This document shows, one piece after another, positions 49,645 through 62,230 of a DNA stretch of 64,000 nt. Numbering within the stretch: position 1 is the first letter of the stretch; each line of letters begins with the position of its first letter. The stretch spans positions 248,001 to 312,000 of the forward strand of contig CAXHJY010000928.1 of the NCBI GenBank assembly GCA_964016885.1. Reading direction: 5' to 3'. The DNA is from Eledone cirrhosa. Taxonomy: Eukaryota. The notes beneath the pieces were generated by a model. That model was given only the letters and a program-made list of their open reading frames with translations. It had not been told where the DNA came from and did not search any database. The translations under genes were made by a program, and so were the position numbers.

Positions 49645-52174
49645 CTTTCTTCATTAACTAACCACAAGGGTTTACATAAAGTAGACATTAAGGACAGTAC
49701 AGGACAATACAGGGCGGTACAAATGGGCATTTCTGCGTGTAAAAAAAACAAAAACAGAGGATGTAACAAAAAAAATAACAATGAAAAATTCCCCAATACG
49801 GGGGAGACTTCCGAGGGCCATCGTGGAGAAAGCCCATTAAAAAAAGCCACAGTGACCCTGACCACCAGGGCAAGTGCCCTCTCCCAGTTTTCCACCTTTA
49901 ATTTACAGACACATACTCAAAGTAGGCCCATTCACTCGGGCCATTCTTGCTTCTCTCACCCATCTTTCAACAAAATGCTGGGAATAGAGCACTTCCCTCT
50001 CTACCCTGATTTTCCTTTTCAAATGAAATTTGAAAAAGTCAATCAGGGCATCACCGAAGAGGTAAGTGCTCGTCTTCAGCCCTTTCAAACGTGTCCACCA
50101 TATTATCTCTTTCGCTATGGCCACCAGACAGATAAAAACTGCCTGCCCTTCCCGGCTAAAGGAAGAGGGCGGGGCAATCCTCACGATGGACTCAGCTGAT
50201 AGCCGATCCGTCCTACACGCGACAGCAGGTGTTTGACATAAACCCACAAGTCAGCAATGCTCGGACGCTGGACGAGTGCGCGCATCTCGGACATGCCCGG
50301 CTGACGGCACCTCCATGCCTGTAGAGTTTATCCCGAACTGGCAAAGCTCCTCGGTAGCACGGCCAGGCCAGGGATTTCTGGAAGTTGTCCATAGACCCCG
50401 GCCCGAAAGTTCTTCCGAAGAGATTGGCTAGTTGATTTTCGTCGACGCCTAGAGTTTCCCCAAGTACGTCGTCGCTCTTCCCCTCTACTAATCCTCTATG
50501 GAACGCCGAGGTGGAGTTTCCACCGATCACATTGCCCGATTGGTCGAGGGCTGTGAGCGCCTGAAGACATTCCAGTCTCCAAGCGCTCCTTCTCGGTCTT
50601 CGCTTGACCCAGGACTGAAGCTCCGTCAAGGAGACAAGCTGGGCAAAGACGCGTCAAGCAAACGACGACCATACCTGATCACCGTCGAGGAAGAGGTGGA
50701 GATGTCGTAGCCTGAGCGCATGTCTGCGCATCATCAGCCATGGCATGTCCAGCCCTCCATGTAGCGGGTGTTGACAGCAGACGGACCGCCTGGCCATCGG
50801 AGCGCGTCCCTTCCACAATAAGCGAAAGAGCAAACGCTCCAGTGCACTCAGGCGAGGCTTAGGACAAGGCACGATGGTCAGCCGGTAGTAGATGACGGAC
50901 GCGATGTACGCGTTAGCCACCTCCGCTCGACCTTTCAGAGATAGCTTCCTCTCCGCCCATTTCTGGGTGAGAGAAGCCACCCTGCTCGTCACCTCGTCCC
51001 AGTTTTTGTTCGTCTGGAGGTCTGGACAGAACCAAACCCCTAGCAATTTAACCGGTCCGTCAATCCAGCGCCCGACGACGCTGTGGACGGCATGGACCTG
51101 CCTCTCCAGGTGCCGAGCTGCAGGCCCACTGACTTTTCCTGGTTGATCATTGCTCCTGTCACCGCTTCGTATTCTCTTAGTGTAGTGCCGATCGCCTCGA
51201 TGTGTTTGGCGTTCGACACCACTACGGTGACATCGTCCGCATATGCTGACACGGATCTTCCGCATCCTAGTTCGCGCGGGACTCCCCTCAACGTCTCCAG
51301 TTTGTGCAGTAATGGCTCGAGAGTCAATACGTACAAGAGGGACGAGAGGGGATATCCTTGGCGGACCGAGCGCATGATGTTGAACGGTTCCGAAAGGTGA
51401 CCGTTCACTCTCACCACAGAGCAGATGTCGCTGTGCATGGCAGCGATCCAGCCTCTGAAGACGGGCCCAAAGCCAGCCGCCCTCAGGACTGCCGCCAGAT
51501 ACCGATGGTCGACCCTATCGAAAGCTTTCGACTGATCTAAATTGATCAAGGACCCACCCGTGCCAGGTTCCATAGCTACCCTCTCCACGATGTATTGCAG
51601 GAGGTGGAGGTTGTCGTGGATGGATCTGTCGGGAATGGCGCATGTCTGCGCCTCTCCCACTAGACCACCATCGACAAGCCCCAACCTCTTTGCTAGCACC
51701 TTGGCCAAAATCTTGAACTCTGTGTTTAGTAGAGTTATGGGCCTGAAATTATCTATGTTATCCCCATTGTTCGGATCCTTTCTCAGCAGTGCCACAGCTC
51801 CTCGGCTCACAGAGCTGGGAATTCTCCCGTTCTGTTGCCAGTTGCAGTAGACGTCCGCGAAGAGGCCTCCGAACAAGTCTGGCATTTGTACGTAAATTTC
51901 ATAGGGCAGACCATCCAAACCAGGCGATTTACCCCTTGTGCAGCCAGTCATTGCCTCCCGTACTTCAGCGGCTGTTATCGGCTTTTCGCAACACTCTGCC
52001 TCAGTGGCCGTGAGCTGCGGCAGTCCGTCGAGGTAGACACTAAAGTCCATTCCTCGATCCGGCCCGCCGCTGCCCCCGAACAGCTGTGCGAAGTGTCGCT
52101 GAAAATCTTCACACATTTTCCCGGGATCGAGTAGCATGCGCCCGTCGTGGTCCACCAAAGACCGGATCGTGGCT
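49645..52174 (-). mobile_element. 5'-truncated L1/Tx1-clade LINE with 20-bp flanking direct repeat
   Basis: ORF 51040-52158 (KSPGLDG, NFRPITLLN, LDQSKAFDRV, VRQG-PLS, AYADD), downstream RKLSLKGR, GGLDMP and CPRC; TTTCTTTAACAATAATAATG at 49625-49644 and 52175-52194. Confidence 0.92.
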
Positions 52175-52189
52175 TTTCTTTAACAATAA

Positions 52190-52380
52190 TAATGGTTTCT
52201 TATATAGACACAGCTAGTAATTTTTGGGGAAGGGAAAAGTCGATTAAATCGACACCAGTGTGTTACTGGTACTTTATCTTATCGACCCCGTAAGGATGAA
52301 AGGTAAAGCTAACCTCTGTGAGATTTGAATTCAGAACATAAGGAGTTGCAACTTTATGTCACAAAGCATGTTGTTTGATG
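52190..52380 (-). mobile_element. tRNA-SINE family 2
   Basis: GTCGATTAAATCGACACCAGT...ACTGGTACTTTATCTTATCGACCCCGTAAGGATGAAAGG. Confidence 0.75.
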
Positions 52381-52599
52381 CTTAATAATTAATTCTTTAT
52401 TGGCCAGAAGGGCCAAAATATGCAGGACTTTATAAAAGACAGGAACAATGATACAGAAAGATGAAATAATTCATTATAACCAATAAAACATCGCCAATAG
52501 GAGCCTCGGGTCACTTGGGACCCCCACACATCCTAAACCAGAACTGAAATATACTATATTAGAAAAAATGCCTTAGTTTAGTATGGAATGTTATTTATA

Positions 52600-53870
52600 G
52601 ATGGATTTCACAAACCTGCATCTGTCACCACATTAGCACTGCAACCACACCTGCCACCTACTGATGCTTATCAGTGTCTTAGTCCAAATAAATGTCAACA
52701 CCCAGATTGCTGAACAGTGCTCCAGGCCCCATCCCTACAGGGAGTTATCTGCAGCACATGCACCACAATCAACCGACAGGCCGAAACTGTTCAGTGTGCA
52801 ACAGTTTCCATCATCTCTCTCTTGCGTTGGCTTGACACGGCAGGCCGTGAATATGTCCTCAATGTGGATATGCAGCAGCTGCCACTTCTTGCCTCTGTAG
52901 CTGTGGTCACCCACTACACCCCCAAACGATACAGTGGGCTTGCCCGACTCCCAACCCTCACTTGTCAACATCATTCAGCTCAGGCAATTTCGGGAGATCC
53001 TTCTTAAGATCTCCAAAATAGCCCAGGTGCAGATGGTCTGTCTTTTCCTGCCAGCAGCAGAACAGGTGCCGATGGTCTCTACCTGGCCACCGCAAAGAAT
53101 TGGTCCCCCACCTCACTGCTGAAGCCAGGCGCTGTCGACCTCATTAACAAGTTCCTTCACAACATCCTGGACCCTCATTCTCGAGGCCTGTGGACAAGGT
53201 TCTCGAGGCCTGTGGACAAGGTTCTCGAGGCCTGTGGACAAGGTCATGACTTTACCTGGCGTCAAACAGGATCATTCATTGGTCCCCTCCTCACCACTCT
53301 CGGATAGACAATGCTGTATGACAAGCTGCCCTCAACATCTGGTAGGTGGTCCCACAGAGAGTGTCTGCCCTCAACATCTGGTAGGTGGTCCCACAGAGAG
53401 TGTCTGCCCTCAACATCTGGTAGGTGGTCCCACAGAGAGTGTCTGCCCTCAACATCTGGTAGGTGGTCCCACAGAGAGTTTCTGTCATCATCTCCACTCA
53501 GTGGTTCCCGCTTTGGCGAGGATCAACTCATTCATGTCAGAAGTCCTGAATATCAATTACGACGTGGAGAGTTTCGCAACCCCCATCTCAGACGGTGCAA
53601 GTGACCCCTAAAAATCCTCGTACTTGTTCTCTGTTCACCAATCCTCCCATTTGCTCTACCCTCCGGTCCAAGCTTCGCCAGCTAGAAACTCTGGCTAGCA
53701 GGCTAAACATGATTGACCCGGCACTCTTCCTGTTAAGGAACTGCTTCGCCATGCCAGACGTTCTATACACCTTCCACCGTAGCTCCTGCTACAAGCAATG
53801 ATAACAGATATCGATGCCTTCATCAGACGGGCTGCTGGGGAGATATGCAACGTCTCGTTTGATGATACCT
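52600..53870 (+). mobile_element. Degraded, internally deleted CRE-like LINE fragments containing 22-bp x3 (53178-53243) and 39-bp x4 (about 53326-53479) tandem repeats
   Basis: RLNMIDPALFLLRNCFAMP-VLY---SSC resembles the post-RT region of RLE-type LINEs; the tandem repeats are directly visible. Confidence 0.5.
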
Positions 53871-54744
53871 TAACTTGCTACTGGCACTCAGCTGGACATC
53901 GGTGTTTCCCTGAGGTGCGAGCGCCGAGAATTACTAAGAGGTTGTTTCATTTATAGTGGTGGCGTGTGGGTTTGATTTACTTTCATAAACATACGTAAAC
54001 ACATATGTACAAACGTTTGATGTACAAGAATTCAGTGACATCGTGGCAATGTACGAAATATATATTACAACCTTAAGTTAACGTTTTAATTTAAATTTGG
54101 TAGTAGATTAATTGTTAACTTTCCTTATTTACACAAAGAAAAACTCAAAAGTGTCCGCTGCCCATCGTAGATCGTCGACAAATATTAAATAGATACTGCA
54201 TGTACTTTAAGTCTTCCCTATACTCGTCATCTGATTTTAGCCATGAAAATACATTTGCATGCCGAAATAAATATCTATGTGAATTTAAGAACCCACGTTT
54301 GGACATTTCACGACCGAAGAGACATTTAGAACAATTAAACCTTGTTAGAAATGAGATTCAGCAGAAAAAAAACTAGAAATTTTAATAGTACGTCACGGCA
54401 TAAGGGAGATAACTCGTACTCAGAATAATAGGTGATATTGTGACGCGAAATTATAAATTATCTTTAATAAATTGCAAAACGTGTGTGTGCGTGTGTGTGC
54501 ATATCCCGGGTTCAATCGGAGGTAACAACAGTAAGGTACTCAATACATAGGAGAGTTTATAAAGTGTTTAATATAGAAATGGCTTCTACAGGACTAGAAC
54601 TGTTTCATTCAAGGGAAATCATCAGAAAAGTGAGAGTATACATATAGACACTCACGCATTCACATATACATATATAGAGACATACATATATGCATATACA
54701 CACATATACATACATATACATATATGAGCGAGACACCGTCATCT

Positions 54745-54829
54745 GACCAACCTTGCCTCAAGTGGGTCAAATCCCGTCTAACCCATGCTAGAGTGGAAGA
54801 ACAGACGTAAAACGATGATGATGATGATA
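54745..54829 (+). mobile_element. RTE tail fragment, tail-to-tail with the next SINE
   Basis: CCCGTCTAACCCATGCTAG-GTGGAAGAACAGACGTAAAAC(GAT)n. Confidence 0.75.
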
Positions 54830-54830
54830 T

Positions 54831-55145
54831 ATCATCATCATCACCGTTTTACGTCTGTTCTTCCACGCTAGCATGGGTTAGACGGGTTGTCCTGTTGCGG
54901 ACAGTGTGCGGTCAGCTGACCTTCTCTTGCTCATATGGAAACTGATACTGGCTTGATTTCTACAGCTGGATGCCCTTCCTAACACCAACCTCATTTACAG
55001 TCAGTGCTGGGTGCTTTTTTGCTGTGGCACCTCTACGACCACTTTGCAGTGGAATGATAGGGACCCCAGTCCCTATCATCTCATTTCTACAGCTGAGTAA
55101 ACTGGAGCAATGTGAAATAAAGTGTCTTGCTCAAGGAAACAACAC
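54831..55145 (-). mobile_element. 5'-truncated CORE-SINE with RTE subfamily-B-type tail
   Basis: CORE segment is nearly identical to 55413-55745, but the 3' ~110 nt match the RTE-B tail. Confidence 0.85.
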
Positions 55146-55256
55146 ACATATATATATATATACTACATATTAACATTTTTAGTTATCCATCGATTTATAC
55201 ATTACATTCCATATACTGAAGGCTTCCTAACAAGTGTATATATTTCACTTTAGTCT

Positions 55257-55746
<490 letters not shown>

Positions 55747-55796
55747 ATAATATTAATTCAAAATATTAACAAAATAGACATTCTTGTGATCAAGTA

Positions 55797-55863
55797 TATT
55801 TTATTATACATATTTCAGAGGTACTGAGCTATCTTCAACAGTACGTCCTCGTCAGATAAAATA
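55797..55863 (-). ncRNA. Type-I minimal hammerhead ribozyme (CUGACGA core)
   Basis: Reverse strand: TATTTTAT-CTGACGA-GGACGTACTG..CAGTACCTCT-GAAA-TATGT-ATA-ATAAAATA. Confidence 0.75.
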
Positions 55864-55965
55864 AGATGATGCATGACATACCCTGACATGGTAGATGATT
55901 AAGATTCAGTCATGGTAGTCTGAATCTTAACCATCTACCATGTCAGGGTATGTCATGCATCATCT

Positions 55966-56032
55966 TATTTTATCTGATGAGGACGTACTGTTGAAGATAG
56001 CTCAGTACCTCTGAAATATGTATAATAAAATA
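55966..56032 (+). ncRNA. Type-I minimal hammerhead ribozyme (CUGAUGA core)
   Basis: Stem I TATTTTAT/ATAAAATA, core CTGATGA...GAAA, stem II GTACTG/CAGTAC, self-complementary stem III ATATGTAT, AUA cleavage triplet. Confidence 0.78.
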
Positions 56033-56170
56033 TACTTGATCACAAGAATGTCTATTTTTGTTGATATTTTGAATTAATATTAATAACTCTGGAAAACCAT
56101 TTACCTTGAGTGCTTCCAATCTATTGTAAAACTCATTCTTTGATTTATTCATTGAACCTTGTTTAACCTT

Positions 56171-56201
<31 letters not shown>

Positions 56202-56249
56202 CATCATCATCATCGTCTAACATCTATCTTCCACGCTAGCATGGGTTAC

Positions 56250-56985
56250 TCCCGTCCAACCCACATCGCTTGCCAACTACGTCACCACATTGCAAGACGC
56301 CAACATAAGCTTCTCCACACACTGGGATATTGTCAGTAGGGCTGCACCCTACAACTTCAGGGGGAAATGCCAGCTCTGCCTCATGGAGCTGTACTACATC
56401 ATAAGAACACCCCACAAGCTCATAAACAGCCGAGTAGAATCAGTTATTAATTGTAAACACCGGGTACAGGCGTCGTATTTTGCCTGGGAGTCGACTGTGA
56501 CATGAAAACTACGAACTGGGTCCTCCTGCCCGAACAACACCACCCCGGTGGGCAGGCTGTATGAACAAACATATGTGAACCTAATGTACACCGCAGACCA
56601 TACTCGAACAAACATTAGTGAAGCAACATCCACTAAATAATAAATGGACACTCCAGACCCGACCTGTACTGGCACTAGTGAAATAACACACATAATATAA
56701 AGATGCTAAACACCAGCATATGAACAGGCATTAAAATCCACATGGGACTGATTGCTTGAACACCGGCCAGAGTTACTCCCCCTGCTCTGTGATAATATAA
56801 ACTCATGCACAGAGAGGAAAATGAATGATGTTAATTTAACCGTAAATTCTCTCCTGGGTACTATATTGAACATTATTTTGCTTTCCATGCCCTGGATAAG
56901 CCCGCTCAGGGCGAAACGTATGTAGGTGCACAATTATATAAACATGTTTTAACGGTTTTAAACTCTTTGTATTTATTTCCTTTAT
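56250..56985 (+). mobile_element. Penelope-like element 3' fragment (C-terminal part of the GIY-YIG endonuclease, 3' UTR and pseudo-LTR)
   Basis: TSLANYV..LQD..I....W-IVSRA.PY....CQLCL.E.Y.I.....LINSR.E....CKHR is typical of the PLE endonuclease end; hammerhead-like motif at 56887-56930. Confidence 0.8.
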
Positions 56986-56996
56986 ATATATATATA

Positions 56997-57034
<38 letters not shown>

Positions 57035-57035
<1 letters not shown>

Positions 57036-58412
57036 CATCATCATCTTCATCATCATCATCGTTTAACGTCCATGTTCCACGCTTGCATGGGTTTGGACGG
57101 GGGTTTTCCCACTTGAGGCAAGAGTGGTTGTCTTGCTCGTATAGGACTGTCTGACATGTTTTCTACAGCTGGATGCCCTTCCTAACACCAACCACATTTA
57201 CAGTGTGGGGCTGGGAGGTTTTTACCGTGTTACCTACACGGCCACATTACAGCGTGGACTGTGTGTTTTTTTGTCGTGACACCTACACGATCTGATTTGT
57301 TTTGGACTGGATGTTGTGGTACCAACATAACTTTACATTGAAAGGGGTGGTGTAGATGGGGTGGGGGTGGTGGGACGCGGGTGTATTTTGTTAGAGATGC
57401 CTACTGGCTGTAGTAGGTTTCACTTTGTACTTAGGTAAGGCGGGTCTTCTCTATTACTGAGTACCGTCCAGTGACATTGTCTTGGAGAGGGGTAAGTGTG
57501 TGAGGTCGGAGTTTATCATGTCGTCCCAGGTTTTTCTGGGTCTGCCTATTGCGTGGCTACCGTCTATTTTTATTGCCCTGCACTTTTTTATACAGCTGTC
57601 GCCTTTCATGCGCATCACGTGACCATACCAACATAGTCTTCTCTCGAGTAAACAACATCTGATCCCTCTTATTTCTAATTTTTTCCTTAGTTCGTTTATG
57701 CTTTGCCGTTCACGTATATTACTTTTACACATCCAGCGGAGCATGCAAGCTTCGTTCCTCTCCAGTCTGCATATATCCTCTGCACACAATGCCCAGGTCT
57801 CACTGCCATGCAACATTGCTGTTTGTATGCGGGCATCATACAGCCTGCCTTTCATTTTTAGGGAGAACTCTTTAGCGGCTAATAGTGGTATAAGCTCTCT
57901 GAACTTTTTCTATCCAGTTCTGACTCTAGCTACTGTACTTTCAGAGCACCCTCCCCCACTGCTGATTTTGTCACCCAGGTAACGGAAGCTGTCCACTATT
58001 TCTATAGAACCTCTGCGTAATTGAAAGAGCTAGTATTTTGTGGGCACTTGCTGCTACTTATTGCACCAGAGCACTGGCCACATATAAAATCTATGTTCTT
58101 AGTTAGCTTACCTGTGATCCCACTACATCTTTTATGCACCCATACTTTGCATTTGGGACATAAAATGGAGTTTCTACCTACGCCTTTCCTACACACTGAG
58201 CATGGCCAATTTCCGGAAGGGACCGGCGCCTTATTTTCTTTCCTACAAACTAGAACTTTAGTCTTAGCCAGGTTAATTTTAAGGCCTTTTGATTCTAGGC
58301 CGTGCTTCCATGTTTGGAATTTTTTCTCTAGCTAGGCCATTGATTCAGCTATGAGCGTTAGATCATCTGCGTATAGGAGTTCCCATGGGCAGCCGGTCTT
58401 GAACTCCACTGT

Positions 58413-58414
<2 letters not shown>
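57035..58414 (-). mobile_element. 5'-truncated RTE LINE (subfamily A)
   Basis: Near identical to 3781-5160 and 60027-61418. Confidence 0.95.
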
Positions 58415-58445
<31 letters not shown>

Positions 58446-58450
58446 GTATG

Positions 58451-58495
<45 letters not shown>

Positions 58496-58546
58496 GTAAG
58501 ACGTAAATAAGAAAGTTATGAAAATTGACTTACTTACTAAAATTTC

Positions 58547-58627
58547 ACTCCAACTAATTAGTTTCTGTAAGGGGATAAATATAGTTACGTAATATAACCA
58601 TAGAGAAGCCTTACGTCATCAGGGAGT
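58547..58627 (-). ncRNA. Type-I hammerhead ribozyme, mirror copy
   Basis: Reverse complement of 59193-59273 with one substitution in the stem II loop region. Confidence 0.78.
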
Positions 58628-59192
58628 CTATTCTCAGCTAAGCTTCCAGGCAATGCGAGGACACTGGGAACTTATATAAAAATAATTCAGTGGATGGAAA
58701 AAAGCGAGCGGGGCTAGGTTCCAAGACATTGAAAAATTCACTGCCTACTTGTTCAAGTGGCAAATTCAAAAGAATCAATCACGTGACATTACGTCTTTCA
58801 TATAATTGTTCTGCATCCCCCTGCATAGAACCACAAAGTTACTAAGACAAAACATATATATTTGCTAGCATAGGTATGCATCTGTATACATATGTCGGTA
58901 GATATATTAATTCTTTATAATTATCTCCAAATTATTTGTTGAGCAAAATTTGCCGAAATTACTACTGTGACTGATAGTAGTGGCTAGGCTCTGTCTTAAT
59001 AGCACCCCCACTCCTGGCTGATTAATCTCAATGTCACGTGATTGATTCTTTTGAATTTGCCACTTGAACAAGTAGGCAGTGAATTTTTCAATGTCTTGGA
59101 ACCTAGTCCCGCTCGCTTTTTTCCATCCACTGAATTATTTTTATATAAGTTCCTAGTGTCCCCGCATTGCCTAGAAGCTTAGCTGAGAATAG

Positions 59193-59273
59193 ACTCCCTG
59201 ATGACGTAAGGCTTCTCTATGGTTATATTACATAACTATATTTATCCCCTTACAGAAACTAATTAGTTGGAGT
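59193..59273 (+). ncRNA. Type-I hammerhead ribozyme with palindromic stem III
   Basis: ACTCC-CTGATGA-C-GTAAGG...CCTTAC-A-GAAA-CTAATTAG-TT-GGAGT: stem I ACTCC/GGAGT, palindrome ACTAATTAGT, GUU triplet. Confidence 0.8.
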
Positions 59274-59439
59274 GAAATTTTAGTAAGTAAGTCAATTTTC
59301 ATAACTTTCTTATTTACGTCTTTCATATAATTGTTCTGCATCCCCCTGCATGGAACCACAAAGTTACTAAGACAAAACATATATATTTGCTAGCATAGGT
59401 ATGCATCTGTATACATATGTCGGTAGATATATTAATTCT

Positions 59440-59717
<278 letters not shown>

Positions 59718-61417
59718 AGTACCACAGACGCTCTTTTCATTGTACGACAACTACAGGAGAAGTACCTAGCTAAAAGTAAACCCCTATACTTAGCCTTTGT
59801 CGACTTGGAGAAAGCCTTCGACAGAGTCCCCCGTTCCATTATCTGGTGGGCTCTTAGAAAACTAGGTGTTGATGAATGGCTTGTGAGAGCTATACAAGCC
59901 ATGTATAAAGAAACAGTGAGCAAGGTTAGAATTAACACCAAATATAGTGAAGAGTTTAGCGTAAAAGTTGGTGTCCATCAGGGCTCTGTTCTTAGCCCCC
60001 TACTATTCATTATTGCTCTTCAGGCTATAACAGAGGAGTTCAAGACCGGCTGCCCATGGGAACTCCTATACGCAGATGACCTAACGCTCGTAGCTGAATC
60101 AATGGCCGAGCTAGAGAAGAAATTCCAAACATGGAAGCACGGCCTAGAATCAAAAGGCCTTAAAATTAACATGGCTAAGACTAAAGTTCTAGTTTGTAGG
60201 AAAGAAAATAAGGCACCGGTCCCTTCCGAGAAACGGCCATGCTCAGTGTGTAGGAAAGGCGTAGGTAGAAACTCCATTTTATGTCCCAAATGCAAAGTAT
60301 GGGTGCATAAAAGATGTAGTGGGATCACAGGTAAGCTAACTAAGAACACAGATTTTACATGTGGCCGGTGCTCTGGTGCAATAAGTAGCAGCAAGTGCCC
60401 AAAAAATACTAGCTCTTTCAACTGCGCAGAGGGTTCTATAGAAATAGTGGACAGCTTCCGTTACCTGGGTGACAAAATCAGCAGTGGGGGAGGGTGCTCC
60501 GAAAGTACAGTAGCTAGAGTCAGAACTGGATGGAAAAAGTTCAGAGAGCTTATACCACTATTAGCCGCTAAAGGGTTCTCCCTAAAAGTGAAAGGCAGGT
60601 TGTATGATGCCTGCATACGAACAGCAATGTTGCATGGCAGTGAGACCTGGGCATTGTGTGCAGAGGATATATGCAGACTAGAGAGGAACGAAGCTTGCAT
60701 GCTCCGCTGGATGTGCAATAGTAATATACGCGAACGGCAAAGCATAAACGAACTAAGGAAAAAATTAGAAATAAGAGGGATCAGATGTTGTTTACTCGAG
60801 AGAAGGCTACGTTGGTATGGTCACGTGATGCGCATGAAAGACGACAGCTGTATAACAAAGTGCAGGGCAATAAAGATAGATGGTAGCCACGGAGTAGGCA
60901 GACCCAGAAAAACCTGGGACGAGCTGATAAATTCCGACCTCACACACTTACACTTCTCCAAGACAATGTCACTGGACCGAGAGCTTTGGCGGTACACAGT
61001 AATAGAGAAGACCCGCGTTACCTAAATACAAAGTAAAACCTACTACAGTCAGTAGGCATCTCTAACAAAATACACCGCCGTTCCACCACCTCCACCCCAT
61101 CCACACCGCCCCTTTCAATGTAAAGTTATGTTGGTGCCACAAAATCCCGGCCAAAACAAATTAGATCGTGTAGGTGTCACGACAAAAAAACACAGTCCAC
61201 GCTGTAATGTGACCGTGTAGGCAACACGGTAAAAACGTCCCAGTCCCACACTGTAAATGTGGTTGGTGTTAGGAAGGGCATCCAGCTGTAGAAAACCTGC
61301 CAGACAGTCCTATGCGAGCAAGACAACCACTCTTGCCTCAAGTGGGAAAACTCCCGTCCAAACCCATGCAAGCATGGAACACGGACGTTAAACGGTGATG
61401 ATGATGATGATGATGAT
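59718..61417 (+). mobile_element. 5'-truncated RTE LINE (subfamily A) with an uninterrupted RT-PHD-C-terminal frame
   Basis: ORF 59805-61025 (406 aa; [15 protein letters not shown]4HC3 finger, FRYLG, RWYGHV, GRPRKTW), then 3' UTR and (GAT)n. Confidence 0.96.
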
Positions 61418-61631
61418 ATACAGCAATATATATATATATATATTCAGCAAAATATAGTTATAAGGTTTGTGATTTAAAACTCCAATCCAGAGATTTGATT
61501 CTGATCTGGTTTTTTTCTATTTAATTGCTTACCTGTAGATATTGTTCCCTGTACAGTAACGGTAAAATCACTTGTAATAATTCTTTACACACTTCTCACT
61601 GTGTAACACATTTCTCTTTGTGTAATATATA

Positions 61632-61634
<3 letters not shown>

Positions 61635-61708
<74 letters not shown>

Positions 61709-61787
61709 GTATATGTATATATATATGTATATGTATATGTATATATATATGTATATATATATGTATATGTATATATATATATGTATG

Positions 61788-61822
<35 letters not shown>

Positions 61823-61836
61823 ATGTCTATATATGT

Positions 61837-61868
<32 letters not shown>

Positions 61869-61884
61869 TTATATGTATATATGT

Positions 61885-61916
<32 letters not shown>

Positions 61917-62183
61917 TTATATGTATATATATATATATATGTATATGTATATATATATATATTTATATGTATATATATATATAGATGTATGTATATGTAT
62001 ATATATATATATATGTATATATATGTATATGTATATATGTATATATATGTATATATATGTATGTGTATATATATATGTATATGTATATATATATGTATAT
62101 ATATATGTATATATATATATGTATATGTATATATATATGTATATGTATATATATATGTATATATATATATATATATGTGTATA

Positions 62184-62226
<43 letters not shown>
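61635..62226. repeat. (TA)n/(TATG)n microsatellite
   Basis: Directly visible. Confidence 0.95.

Positions 62227-62229
<3 letters not shown>

Positions 62230-62230
<1 letters not shown>

Larger units (their letters stand above)
55748..56082. repeat. Near-perfect 162-bp-arm hairpin (55748-55909 / 55920-56082, 10-nt loop): inverted PLE pseudo-LTR pair
   Basis: The arms are reverse complements with few mismatches, and each carries a hammerhead motif. Confidence 0.92.

Noticed and set aside
54370-54480. Helentron/MITE-like end (AACTAG...AAGGGAGATAACTC)
   Set aside because: Single short motif with no partner terminus identified.
54595-54630. Additional minus-strand hammerhead (CTGATGA-TTTC cctt GAAT-GAAA-CAGTT)
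   Set aside because: Core and stem II are present but no convincing stem I; at best a decayed PLE remnant, so it was not counted.
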